Assembly (NCBI GenBank): GCA_963771175.1
Contig: CAVYSY010000030.1
Location: forward strand, 160,001-224,000
DNA: 64,000 nt
Reading direction: 5' to 3'
Source: an uncultured delta proteobacterium
GTDB lineage: Bacteria > Myxococcota > Myxococcia > Myxococcales > Myxococcaceae
Under the pieces are notes generated by a model, which saw nothing but the letters and a program-made list of their open reading frames with translations, was not told where the DNA came from and made no database searches. The translations under genes and the position numbers were made by a program. Below are positions 41,651-52,338 of this stretch, one piece after another. Position 1 is the stretch's first letter. Every line of letters starts with the position of its first letter.

Positions 41651-42596
41651 GGCTCCACGCGTCCGGCAGGGAGCCGCACAGCCGGCGCAGCACCGGCACC
41701 ACTCCCACCATCACCAGGGCCAGCGCCATGCCGCCCACCAGGTCCACCACGTAGTGGAAGGACAGGTAGACGGTGGTGAAGATGATGGCGCCCACGTGCA
41801 GCACGAGGGGCACCCGCATCCGGGGGAAGGCGCGCCAGCCGAGCCCGAGCAGCACCAGGGACACGGCCGTGTGGGCGCTGGGAAAGGCATTCAACAGGTT
41901 CTTCTCGCTGGCGAGGAGGAAGGCGCGGATGGCGCGGCTGATGGCGCCGCCGCCCAGCACCTCGTCCGCCAGCTCGGGAGGCACGCGCGGGCCCAGCGTG
42001 GGAAAGAGGAAGTAGCCCACGTAGGAGAGCAGGAAGGTGGCCACCGTGGTGAAGACGAAGCGCTCGAACTCCTCCCGGCGGTGTTGCGCGTAGAGGGCGA
42101 GGCCCAGCGCCACCGGCAGCACGTAGTAGCTCACGTAGAGGAGGTAGGCCGCGTCGGTGAACCACGACGGGCGGCCCAGGGCGTGGTGCCAGTGCCAGGC
42201 GAGGTCGCCGAAGAGGTCGTGGTCCAGCGCCGCCCACCGCTCGTCCCAGCGTGCCGGATTGAGGGTGGAGATGGGCGGCCCGATGATGGAGAAGAGGGTG
42301 CCGACGATGGGCATCGCGATGAAGGCGTGGACGAAGCGCCCCACGCGCGAGCGCTCGCTCCACCACGCCGCGCCGACGACGAGCGCCGCGCTGGCGGCGA
42401 GGGCCCCGAGGAAGGGCAGCGGCTGCGGAAGGACGGGGGCCAGCACGGCCAGCAGGGAGATGGAGCCGAGCAGCAGGCGGTCCACGGGGAGCAGACGTCC
42501 CTCGGGACCCCACCACCGACGGGCGTGCTCCCCTCTGGCATTCGTCACCGGCACTCCCTTCCCGTGGAGGGTGGGGGCCGTGTGGGCGGAATGCAA
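41628..42596 (-). CDS. PAP2-family membrane phosphatase/phosphotransferase (Aur1/IPC-synthase-like); start uncertain
   Basis: FP..GP, AFPSAH, HYVVDL motifs; multiple TMs. Confidence 0.82.
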   Translation of the reverse strand: MHSAHTAPTLHGKGVPVTNARGEHARRWWGPEGRLLPVDRLLLGSISLLAVLAPVLPQPLPFLGALAASAALVVGAAWWSERSRVGRFVHAFIAMPIVGTLFSIIGPPISTLNPARWDERWAALDHDLFGDLAWHWHHALGRPSWFTDAAYLLYVSYYVLPVALGLALYAQHRREEFERFVFTTVATFLLSYVGYFLFPTLGPRVPPELADEVLGGGAISRAIRAFLLASEKNLLNAFPSAHTAVSLVLLGLGWRAFPRMRVPLVLHVGAIIFTTVYLSFHYVVDLVGGMALALVMVGVVPVLRRLCGSLPDAWSLKRHVGP

Positions 42597-42703
42597 CGCT
42601 CGCGGGCCGGGAGTGTCTGGCGGGACTCACGGCGCGGGAGGAAGGCGCGCGCGTCGCCTTCCTCCGGACGCTCTCGGACGGGTAGCTCCCGCCCTGGGCG
42701 CCA

Positions 42704-45037
42704 CTACCCGCCGAGCACCTGGAGGGCGCGGTTGTAGTAGGCGTCGCGGCTGGCCTTGCCGTTGTAGCCGCCATTCACCCGGTAGGTGACGGCGTCGAAG
42801 TTGCCCGCGTCCGCGTAGCTGTTGAGGTTGCGGGTGTTCCAGAACCAGGCGGCGGTGCGGAAGCCCACGTCGGGGTCCGCGGCGCGGGTGGGGTTGTTCA
42901 CCAGGTCGATGCCCAGGGCGTTGCTCGCGGCCGTGTAGTTGGAGCGGCCGGTGAGCTGGATGGGGCCACGGCCCTTGAAGCGCACGCCGTCACCCGGCTG
43001 GGTGTTGCCCAGGTCCCCGCGGCCCTCGTAGGCGGCGCCGGAGGCGATCTCCTCCATCCAGCGGAACTCCCCGCTCTCGTGGGCGAGCTGCGCGAGGAAG
43101 GCCGCCTGCCGCCGTGGGGTGTTGATGCCCGCCTCGGCCATGGCGCGGTTGAGGTGCGGCAGCATCTCGTTGGCGCGCGCCTCGGACAGGTTGGGCATGA
43201 TGGAGCGGAGCTGCTGCAGGCTCACCCCGCCCGTGGTGCCCGACTCACTGGGGCCCGTCACCGGACCCGGCCCGCTCACGGGGCCCGGCTGGGACGGCGT
43301 GGACGGAGCCGAGCCACCCGGAATGGTGAGCTGCTGGCCGACCTGGATGAGGTTGGGGTTGGAGATGCCGTTGGCGCGGGCGATGGCATCCACGGTGCTG
43401 CCGTAGCGGGCGGCGATGCCGCTGAGCGTGTCACCCGGCTGCACGGTGTAGCGCGGCGAGGCCGGGGCCGGAGCCGGCGCGGGAGCCGTGGTGCCCGAGG
43501 CGCCCGGGATGGTGAGGTGCTGGCCGACCTGGATGAAGTCGGGGTTGGAGATGCCGTTGGCCTGGGCGATGGCTCCCACGGTGCTGCCGTGGCGGGCGGC
43601 GATGCCACTGAGCGTGTCACCCGGCTGCACGGTGTAGCTCCGCGCGGCCGGGGCCGGAGCCGGCGCGGGAGCCGCGGTGCCCGAGGCGCCCGGGATGGTG
43701 AGGTGCTGGCCGACCTGGATGAAGTCGGGGTTGGAGATGCCGTTGGCCTGGGCGATGGCACCCACGGTGCTGCCGTGGCGGGCGGCGATGCCACCGAGCG
43801 TGTCACCCGGCTGCACCGTGTAGCTCTGCGCGGCCGGAGCCGGCGCGGGAGCCGCGGTGCCCGAGGCGCCCGGGATGGTGAGGTGCTGGCCGACCTGGAT
43901 GAAGTCGGGGTTGGAGATGCCGTTGGCCTGGGCGATGGCCCCCACGGTGCTGCCGTGGCGGGCGGCGATGCCGCCGAGCGTGTCACCCGGCTGCACGGTG
44001 TAGCTCCGCGCGGCCGGGGCCGGAGCCGGCGCGGGAGCCGCGGTGCCCGGGATGGTGAGGTGCTGGCCGACCTGGATGAAGTCGGGGTTGGAGATGCCGT
44101 TGGCGCGGGCGATGGCATCCACGGTGCTGCCGTGGCGGGCGGCGATGCCACCGAGCGTGTCACCCGGCTGCACCGTATACGAGCCACCCCTCGGAGCCGG
44201 AGCGGGGGCCGGCGTGCTGGGCGCCGGAGCCGGGGCGGGCGACTGGCCAGCGACGCCGCGGTCGTTGACGAAGTACTGCACCGGCCTGTTGCCGAAGGAG
44301 TCCTTCACATGGCCGTTGTTGAAGTTGCTCGAGCCGGCCTGGGCGATGGCGGGGCCGCGATCCGTCACCTCGCCCGGACGCACCACGGCGATGTGGCCGA
44401 TGCCGCCCGGGTTGTTCCAGCTCGCCACGGCGGGGTGGCCCTGGTTGGCCAGCGCCTGGGCCTCCTGGGCGCTCACCTCGCGCCAGCCGCGGCTCGGCCC
44501 GTGCTGCTCCAACCAGCGGTGGCCGCCGTTGGCGTCCAGCTCACGGGCTCCCGGGGCACCCACCCCCGCGGGGTTGCCGGCACCGTCCACCCAGTGCGGA
44601 ATCTCCGCGCCCATGGCGCGCGTCACGTCCCAGGCGAAGATGTTGCAGTAGGTGTTGCCCCCGCGCGGCTGGTAGCGCGGGTTGTTGTTCACGGAGAACT
44701 GGTCGATGACCTGGCCGTAGTTGCTCCCGTTGCGGTTGGAGGGGTCTCCCCGCATCGGGGCGTCCACCGGAATCCAGGCGTTGGTGTTGGTGGTCCCCGC
44801 GGCCGGACCGCCGCCCGAGGCCGCGCGTGCCTCGAAGCGGTCCGGGGAGGTGGTCGGGTTGGCCGCCGCCGGACGACGTGGCGAGTCGAAGCCATCGGGG
44901 ATGACGAGCTGCTGACCCGCACGGATGCGGTTCGGGTCCTGGATGTCGTTGGCCTTCGCCAGCGCATCGACCGAGGTGTTGTACTTGCGAGCCAGACCGC
45001 TGAGGGTCTCGCCCTGCCGGATGGTGTGCACGGTCAT
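42704..45037 (-). CDS. Multi-domain peptidoglycan hydrolase: LysM, CHAP/NlpC-like, 5xLysM, GH19
   Basis: TYCN..GHIAVV; YTVQPGDTL..IA repeats; FLAQLAHES, EE, FKGRGPIQLTGRSNY, VNGG. Confidence 0.9.
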   Translation of the reverse strand: MTVHTIRQGETLSGLARKYNTSVDALAKANDIQDPNRIRAGQQLVIPDGFDSPRRPAAANPTTSPDRFEARAASGGGPAAGTTNTNAWIPVDAPMRGDPSNRNGSNYGQVIDQFSVNNNPRYQPRGGNTYCNIFAWDVTRAMGAEIPHWVDGAGNPAGVGAPGARELDANGGHRWLEQHGPSRGWREVSAQEAQALANQGHPAVASWNNPGGIGHIAVVRPGEVTDRGPAIAQAGSSNFNNGHVKDSFGNRPVQYFVNDRGVAGQSPAPAPAPSTPAPAPAPRGGSYTVQPGDTLGGIAARHGSTVDAIARANGISNPDFIQVGQHLTIPGTAAPAPAPAPAARSYTVQPGDTLGGIAARHGSTVGAIAQANGISNPDFIQVGQHLTIPGASGTAAPAPAPAAQSYTVQPGDTLGGIAARHGSTVGAIAQANGISNPDFIQVGQHLTIPGASGTAAPAPAPAPAARSYTVQPGDTLSGIAARHGSTVGAIAQANGISNPDFIQVGQHLTIPGASGTTAPAPAPAPASPRYTVQPGDTLSGIAARYGSTVDAIARANGISNPNLIQVGQQLTIPGGSAPSTPSQPGPVSGPGPVTGPSESGTTGGVSLQQLRSIMPNLSEARANEMLPHLNRAMAEAGINTPRRQAAFLAQLAHESGEFRWMEEIASGAAYEGRGDLGNTQPGDGVRFKGRGPIQLTGRSNYTAASNALGIDLVNNPTRAADPDVGFRTAAWFWNTRNLNSYADAGNFDAVTYRVNGGYNGKASRDAYYNRALQVLGG
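43316..44180 (-). repeat. Five near-identical ~177-186 bp tandem repeats encoding LysM plus PAPAPA linker
   Basis: Repeated GATGGTGAGGTGCTGGCCGACCTGGATGAAGTCGGGGTTGGAGATGCCGTTGG...GTCACCCGGCTGCAC blocks. Confidence 0.95.
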
Positions 45038-45070
45038 GATAGTTCCCGTGAAAATGAAGCGCTCGGGGTG

Positions 45071-45099
45071 ATTATCGCACGCCTGCCACCCTGAGTTGC
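45071..45099 (-). promoter_or_regulatory. Candidate alternative-sigma (sigma28-like -10) promoter of the LysM/GH19 gene
   Basis: Minus strand GCAACT-N15-GCGATAAT, ~33 nt upstream of the ATG; resembles GCCGATAA. Confidence 0.35.
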
Positions 45100-45181
45100 T
45101 TATCCCCCCATATTTCGTACCTGTCCGGCTGGCAGCCCCTCCTGCGAGCGCTCGGATGGCCTTCCGTCACGGGGGAAGGGA

Positions 45182-46249
45182 ATGGGAACGCACTCCGTTG
45201 ACGTGGCGATGGAAGGACCTCCCTCCTCTTCTTCGGCGTCTTCTTCGAGCGATGCTGCCCTTTCTGGCGATGTCAAAACCCTGCGCAATGCACTGGCTGT
45301 TCCAGTGATGGAGTGGGTGGACTGGAGCAACGCTCTCGAGCGGGCGGCCAGCTGGTTGGATGACCTCCACTGGCAGATCGCCAAGGGCGGGAGCCTGCAT
45401 CAGGGGTTGGAGTCCATGTTCAAGGGCCTGGCCCTGCTGCACCGCAAATGGGACCGGGAGGAGTGGACCCGCTTCTGCCTGGAGATCGTCCGCAACCACC
45501 CGCTGCGTGCGCTCATCCACCAGTGTCCCTACACGCGGCACGGCTTCGAGAAGCCCCGGGGCTACGCGGGTGACGCGGTGCTCATCGACTACCTCTACAA
45601 CGAGCGTCAGACGGATGGGACGACGCAGCTCGGGCGGGACATCTACCACTTCCTGTGGCGCCAGTCCGGGCCCCGGAGCGTGCGCGAGCGGCGGGAATTG
45701 CTGGTCCGGGAGCTGGACTCCGTCGCCGAGCGCGTGAAGCAGCCCCGCGTGCTCTCCGTGGCCTGCGGACACCTGCGCGAGGCCGAGCACTCCCGCGCCG
45801 TGGCCGAGGGCCGCATCGGCCAGCTCCTCGCGTTCGATCAGGACCCGGTGAGCCTGGAGGTGGTGACCCAGCAGCACCCGGGGAATGTGGTGCGGCCCGT
45901 CCGTGGCTCGGTCCGCTCCATCCTCCTGGGCAAGGCCACGTTCCCGGACCAGGACTTCATCTACTCGGCGGGTCTGTACGACTACCTCTCCGAGTCCGTG
46001 GCCGCGCGCCTCACCCGGCTCCTGTTCGGCATGCTCCGCCCCGGTGGGCGCCTGCTGGTGGGCAACTTCGCCGTCCGCACCCCCGATGCCGGTTTCCTCG
46101 AGGCCTTCATGGACTGGTGGCTCATCTATCGCGATGAGAACCAGGTGCGTGCCTTCGCCTCGGAGATCGACCCGGCGCAGCTCGCCTCGGTGGACATGTT
46201 CCGCGACAGCGCGCAGAACGTCATCTACATGGTGCTGACCCGCCGCTAG
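45182..46249 (+). CDS. Class I SAM-dependent methyltransferase (PhcB-like)
   Basis: KPRGYAGD, LSVACG, DQD, YSAGLYDYL, L.PGG.LLVGNF, W.LIYR. Confidence 0.8.
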   Translation: MGTHSVDVAMEGPPSSSSASSSSDAALSGDVKTLRNALAVPVMEWVDWSNALERAASWLDDLHWQIAKGGSLHQGLESMFKGLALLHRKWDREEWTRFCLEIVRNHPLRALIHQCPYTRHGFEKPRGYAGDAVLIDYLYNERQTDGTTQLGRDIYHFLWRQSGPRSVRERRELLVRELDSVAERVKQPRVLSVACGHLREAEHSRAVAEGRIGQLLAFDQDPVSLEVVTQQHPGNVVRPVRGSVRSILLGKATFPDQDFIYSAGLYDYLSESVAARLTRLLFGMLRPGGRLLVGNFAVRTPDAGFLEAFMDWWLIYRDENQVRAFASEIDPAQLASVDMFRDSAQNVIYMVLTRR

Positions 46250-46279
46250 AAGCGGCGGCCCCTTCGGTGGGGTCCTCCC

Positions 46280-49200
46280 TCAGTGGGCGCCGTTGCCGCC
46301 CTGGGGCTCCTCGGGGCCGCGGCGGGGCAGGGTGACGGTGAAGGTGGCACCCTGTCCCGGCGCGCTCTCCACCTCGATGGTGCCGCCGAGCGCCTGGACA
46401 ATCTCCCGGACAATCCACAGCCCGATGCCGAAGCCACCGTAGTGGCGCACGGAGACGGCGCGCTCGAAGCGCTCGAAGATGCGCGTGGCGTCCTCCTCGG
46501 CGATGCCGATGCCCTCGTCGCGCACCCTCAGCCGCGCCTGGGTCTCGTCGCCTTCCACGGTGACTTCGATGGGCCGGCCCGCCCCGTACTTCGCCGCATT
46601 GGTGAGCAGGTTGACCACCACCTGCTCCAGCCGCATGGCGTCCCAATGGCCCACCAGGGAGGGGGGCAGGTTCAGCCGCAGCGGGCACTCGGCTCGCACC
46701 AGCCCCTCGCGCGAGCGCTCCACCACCCCGCGCACCACCTGCACCAGGTCCACGTTCTCGAGATGACCCAGGAGCTGCCCCTGGGCGATGCGCGAGATGT
46801 CCAGCAGCTCGTTCACCAACCTCCCCAGGCGCTGCGTCTGGAGGTTGGCCGACTCCAGCTTGGCGCCGAGCCGCTCCGGGGGCAGCCGCTCCAGGCCCTG
46901 GCGCACCTGGGACATGAGGCCCTGGATGTGGAGCTGGAGCGAGGTGAGGGGCGTCTTCAGCTCGTGCGCGGCGATGGAGAGGAAGTCGTCCCGGCGCCGC
47001 ACGGCCTCCTGCTCCTCGCGGTAGAGCCGGCCCTGCTCCTCGGAGAGGGCCTCCATGCGCTCGAAGCCCTCGGCGTTCTCCAGCGCGGCGCCGGCGAGGA
47101 TGCAGACGAAGGAGGCCAGACGCTCCTCGTCCTCGCCGAAGAGCTCGCCCACCTGCCGATGGCTGACGCACACGCAGGCCACCGTCTTGCCGCGCACCTG
47201 GATGGGGGCGCACAGCAGCGAGCGCACCCCGAGCAGCTCCATGCTCTCGCTCACCCCGCCGGGCATGCCCTGGCCCATCACCGTCGGGCGTCCCGTCTCC
47301 AGGGCCCGGCCGATGGCGGTGTGGCCCACGCCGGCCGCCGCCAGCTCGTCCTCGGGCAGCAGCGTCTCCGGGTCGAACACCACGCAGTGCTCCGCGCGCA
47401 GCATCTCCATCATGGACAGGCGCGCGGCGTCGAACACCGCCTGGCGGGAGAGGGCCGAGGCGATGCGGCGGCCCGCGTCCAGCACCCGGGGGAAGCGGTC
47501 CACCAGCGACAGGGTGCCCGGGCGCTCCGGCTGCTCCGCGCTCTCTCCAGGCTCGATGTCCAGGTCCTGCTCCATCTCCTGGAGCTCGCGGGAGGCCTCC
47601 TCCGTCCAGGCGGGGGCCTCGGGCCAGCCGACCTCCTTGCCCACGCGCCCGAGCGTCTGGAGCGTCTGGGCGCGCTCGTAGCGCATCTTCAGCTCCCCGG
47701 CGACGTCCAGGCTCTCCTCCAGCCAGCGGCGGGCGCGGCGCGGGTGGCCGGCCAGGGCGGCCAGCAGCCCCCGCTCGCGCAGCACGTGGGCGAGGTTGTT
47801 GCGGTAGCTGCGCGCCAGCTTGTAGGCCCGCCGCGCCACCTTCTCGGCCCGCTTCAGCGACTCCGCGCGCAGGCCCGGGGCGAGCGGGGAGCTGTTCTCG
47901 GCCCGCATGCGCAGCGCCGTCAGCAGCCAGGGCACGATGGGGGCCACGTACTCGTGTCGCAGGTGGGCCTGCTCCACCAGAGTGTCCGCCTTCTCCAGCA
48001 GGGACACCGCGCCCGCGGAGTCCCCCTCGTGCAGCAGGCGGAGCGCCTCGGCCAGCAGGAGGTTGGCGTGCGTCTGCGTGTCCTGGCCGGGGTTGGCCAG
48101 CGAGCCCTCCAGCAGGCTGTATGGGATGCGGCCCCGGGCCGCCTTGGACCAGACCTCCAGGGCCAGGCGCACCGCGTACCCGTCGCCGATGGCCAGCGCC
48201 GCCGCGTGCAGCCGCCGCGCGGACTCCAGCGCCTCCTTCAGCCGGCCCAGCCGGTAGTGGGCCAGGGCGTACTGGTAGTGGGCGTTGTTGACCTCCCACT
48301 GGTCTCCCGTGCGCTGCAGCAGCCGCACCGCCTCGCGGCACTTCTCGATGGACTCCTCGAAGCGGCCCGCGGCGTAGAGGCCCAGCCCGTAGAAGTGGAG
48401 CGACTGGCCCTGGCCCCAGACGTCCCCCAGCTCCCGGCGGATGGCGAGCGACTTCTCCGCGTAGGCGGTGGCCCGGCTGAACCAGGGCACCATGGTGAGC
48501 ATCGGGGCATGCTCCGAATAGGCCTGGGCGAGCTCGAGGGTGGGCGGATAGCGCTCGGCCGTGTTCACCTCGCGCAGGTGGGTCCAGAAGGTGGCGATGG
48601 GACTGCCGAAGTACCAGCTGTTGTAGGTCAGCCGGCTGTAGAAGTGCACCGCGAGCAGGTCCTCCTCGCTGTGCTCGAGCGAGCGCCGCCCCATCAGCAC
48701 GTGGGGCATCAGCGTGTGTCCGGCCTGCACCCCCAGCTCCCAGAAGGCCCCCCAGCGCGAACGCCGCGGAGGTGCGGGGCACCCACCGCCCCAGCAGCGT
48801 CAGCCCCCGCTTCAGGGCCACGTCCGCCTCTTCCTTCTTGTAGAGCTTGAAGGCCAGCTCGCCGAGCTTCAACCAGATGCGGGCCTGCTCCAGCCTGTCT
48901 CGCGCCAGCGATTGGGCCAGCTCGAGCTGCTGCTGGGCGGCATCGTAGCGCCCGCGCAGCATCAGCACGTCCCCGAGCCCGGCGGCGACGCGGAAGCGCG
49001 TGCTGGCCTCGGCCCGGTCCGCGCCCCGCTCGGCGATGCGGTAGTTGAACTCCGCCGTCTCCAGGGCGAACTGCTGCCGGGAGCGCTCGGCGGCCATCAG
49101 GGCATGGGGGAGGGCCTGGGCATACTCGCCCGCCGCATCGAAGTGGTAGGCCAGCTCGAAAGGGTCCGCCGGGGGATGGGCGGCGATGCTGCGAGCCGCC

Positions 49201-51266
49201 AGCCGGTGCAGCTCCCGGCGCTCCTCGGGTCGCAGCAGCCCCAGCAGGGCCTCGCGCAGCTTGTCGTGGACGAAGGTGTAGCGGCCGCCGGAGCCCTCCC
49301 ACAGCATGTGTCGCCGCCGGGGCTCCATCAGCGCGGCGGCCACCTGCTCCCGCGGCGTCCCCGAGAGGGCCGCCACCCGCTCCAGGTCGAAGTTCTTGCC
49401 CAGCACCGCGCCCACGGACAGCAGGCGCAGCGCCTCGGGCGGCAGCAGCTTGAGCCGGCGCGACCAGGAAGGAGGCCGCCTGGCGCGAGGAGCGCACGTG
49501 GGCCATGGCCTCCGGCTCCACCTGCCACCCCGCGGGCCTGGCACCAGCGCGCCGTCCTCCACCAGGCCGTGCAGCACCGCCGAGGCCATGAAGGGATTGC
49601 CCTCGGACAGGCGCGACACCAGCTCGGTGGCCTCGCGCGGCAGGTTGCCGGCCATGGACTCCAGCATCCGCGCCACCTCGGTGGTGCCGAAGGCCGCCAG
49701 GCGCAGGTGGGCGTCCGGGTTGAGCCGGCGCAGGACGTGCGCGGGCCCCACCTCCTCGGTGCGGAAGGACACGACGATGAGCACGTGCCCCGCCGAGTCG
49801 CGGTGCGCCTGCCGCCAGTTCTCCAGCGCCCGGAGCGTCAGCTCGTCGGCCCACTGGCAGTCCTCGAGCAGCACCACCGCCGGCTCGGACTCCGTGCCCA
49901 GCGCGCCCAGCAGCGTGGTGAGGGCGAGGATGCCGCGCGTCTCACCCAGGGACTCGGGGCCCAGGCCCTGCTGCTGCGCCGGGCGCAGCACCGACTGCAA
50001 CTGGGGCAGCACCGTGCACACCGCCGCCGCCTGGTCCACCAGCCGCTCGCGCAGCAGCTCCGCCAGTGAGGGCCGCTCCCGGGCCTCCGTGGCGATGCCC
50101 GAGGCCACGTCCACGACGAGCTGGAAGGGCCGCTGCGCGGACTGGGCCAGGGCCTGGCCCTGCAGCACCCAGGCGCGGTGTTGGCGGGCGCGCGTGGCGA
50201 ACTCCTCCAGCAGCCGGCTCTTGCCGCCGCCGCTCTCGGCCTCCACCACCAGCAGCCGTCCCGGCTCGACGCGCGAGCGCTCCAGCTCGCGCTCCAGCAG
50301 CGCCAGCTCCTCGTGGCGTCCCACGAAGGAGGGCTCGGTGAGGCTGTGGCGCATGTCATGCGCGCCCGCCACCAACTCCGGGTCCTGCTCGCCGCGGGCC
50401 AGGGCCTTCTCAATCGCCTGCAGGTCCTCGCGCGCGGACTGGGCGGACTGGTAGCGGTCCTGCGGGTCCGTCTGTAACAGGCGCGCGACGACCTCCTCCA
50501 GCGCGCGGGGCACCTCCACGCCGGTGCTGCGCAGCCGGGGCCGGGTGGTGAGGTGCTGGCGGAGCACCTCGCCCACGGAGGCGCCGTCGAAGGCCGGGTG
50601 GCCGGCGAGCGTCTCGAAGAGGACGGCCCCCACCGCGTACAGGTCCGAGGTGGCCTCCACCGGACGGTTGAGGAGCCCGGCCTGCTCGGGCGAGAGGTAG
50701 CGCGCGGTGCCCACCGGCAGGTCGCGCAGCGTCGGGTCCAACCGCTCACTGCGCGCCAGACCGAAGTCCACCAGACTGGCGCGGACGACGGTGGGGCGGC
50801 CCTCGACGATGATGTTGGAGGGCTTGATGTCGCGGTGGAGGATGCCGTGGGCGTGGGCCTCGGCCAGGGCGGCCAGGACGCACTGGCCCACGGTGAGCGC
50901 CTCCTCCACGGAGAGGGTGCCACTGGTGAGCCGCTCCTGGAGCGACACCCCGGGGGTGAAGGGTGTCACCAAGAAGACCAGGTCGCCCCCGGCGCCGAAG
51001 TGGAGCACCGGCACCAGGTAGGGGCTGTGCATCGAGCGCAGGACATTCGCCTCGTGTTCCAGACGCTGTCGCGCGTTGGGCACCAGCGAGACGGCGGAGG
51101 TCGTCTTGATGACGAGCCGACCCCCGGTATGCAGGTCCACCCCGAGCCACGTGGTGATGCCACGGCCCTGCTTGATGCGCTGGGTGAGTTCGAAGCGGTT
51201 GCCCAGTCGCCTGCCTGGGTGCACCCCTTCCAGAGAGGGTCCCGCCTGTTCGTAGCCCTCCGCCAT
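46280..51266 (-). CDS. Hybrid Ser/Thr kinase, AAA ATPase, TPR, GAF, histidine kinase; frameshifts near 49535, 49460 and 48750
   Basis: HRDIKPSN, DFGLA, GT..Y.SPE; FVGR, GGGKS, EDCQWAD; HELKTPL, NLLTNAAKY, DEGIG, GGFGIGL. Confidence 0.9.
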
Positions 51267-51497
51267 CAATGCCCTCCCCCTCTGGTCGCACCACCGGGTG
51301 GTGGGGTCGGCGCGTCATCGAGAAGCTTGGGACCGCGACGTGCGGTGCCAAGGGGGACGACCTGGCTACATGCGCCGACGGCGTGCGCCAGTGGGTAGGG
51401 TGCTTCAAATGGGGAGGCACGGGGGCGCGCGCATCCCCTCAGGCACGGATACCGGCCCTCGGTGCTCAGCCCGGAGGACAGGCGAGCGGGCGGGCCC

Positions 51498-52217
51498 CTA
51501 CTTCTGGTGGACGTCCTCGAAGGCGAGCATGTCGAGCAGTCGCTGCTCCCGGGCTTCATCGAAGCCGCAGGTGGCGTCCCACTCCGGGGGGTTGTCGTAG
51601 GTGCCGAAGAGCATGTCCCACCAGGGCAGGTCGCCGTAGTTGTTGCGGTGCTTGCCGTACTCGTGGTGGATGCGGTGCATCTCCGGGCGCTGGAAGAGGT
51701 AGCCCACCCAGCGGGGGGTGCGCACGTTGGTGTGGTAGAAGAACTCGCCCAGCGCGGTGAAGGCGGTGTAGACGGCGCCGGCCGCCGGGCTCAGCCCCAG
51801 CACCGTGTAGACGAGCAGGCCACCAATGATGGAGTTGGCCACCATCTCCAGCGGGTGCTTGTAGAAGCTGGTGATGACCTCCAGGCGCTGCGGGCTGTGG
51901 TGGATTTGATGGAAGAGGCGCCAGAGGAGGTCGCTCTCGTGCCGCGCCCGGTGCCACCAATAGAAGACGAAGGTGGCGATGAAGTAGGCGACGGCGCCGC
52001 CGGCCAGCGGGGACAGGTGGCGCGAGAGGTGGAACAGCGACTGCGCCGACAGCCAGCGCTCCCAGGTGAAGCCGGCGAGCACCACGACGCCCACCTGCAC
52101 GAGGTTGATGACCACCACCCGCAGGTGCCAGGAGCGCACGCGCGGCAACCGCCAGCCGCGGAAGAGGTGCTCGAGCGCGAAACAGCCGACGGCGATACCG
52201 AACAGCATCGGAAGCAT
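51498..52217 (-). CDS. Sterol desaturase / fatty-acid hydroxylase family
   Basis: WHRARH, HQIHHS, HPLE, HTN, HRIHH, NYG..WD.LFGT. Confidence 0.9.
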   Translation of the reverse strand: MLPMLFGIAVGCFALEHLFRGWRLPRVRSWHLRVVVINLVQVGVVVLAGFTWERWLSAQSLFHLSRHLSPLAGGAVAYFIATFVFYWWHRARHESDLLWRLFHQIHHSPQRLEVITSFYKHPLEMVANSIIGGLLVYTVLGLSPAAGAVYTAFTALGEFFYHTNVRTPRWVGYLFQRPEMHRIHHEYGKHRNNYGDLPWWDMLFGTYDNPPEWDATCGFDEAREQRLLDMLAFEDVHQK

Positions 52218-52338
52218 GGGTCCCCCTTTTGGTGACGGGGGGTTTACGGGCGAAGGGCCTCCCGCTTCCCGTCTGGCGTACAGACACTGTCACCTCGAGG
52301 TGGGGAACCCCGGCGGATGCTGGCATCATCATCGCCCC

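Noticed and set aside
43316..44180. Long direct repeats as CRISPR or mobile element
   Set aside because: In-frame coding repeats of LysM domains with no unique spacers
46280..51266. ATPase/TPR protein as an Avs-type antiphage system
   Set aside because: The kinase-ATPase-GAF-His kinase layout is a signalling architecture with no nuclease, TIR or SIR2 effector
52321..52335. Sigma54-like TGGCATCATCATCGC (GG-N10-GC)
   Set aside because: Only 3 nt before the ATG at 52339, so transcription would start inside the gene
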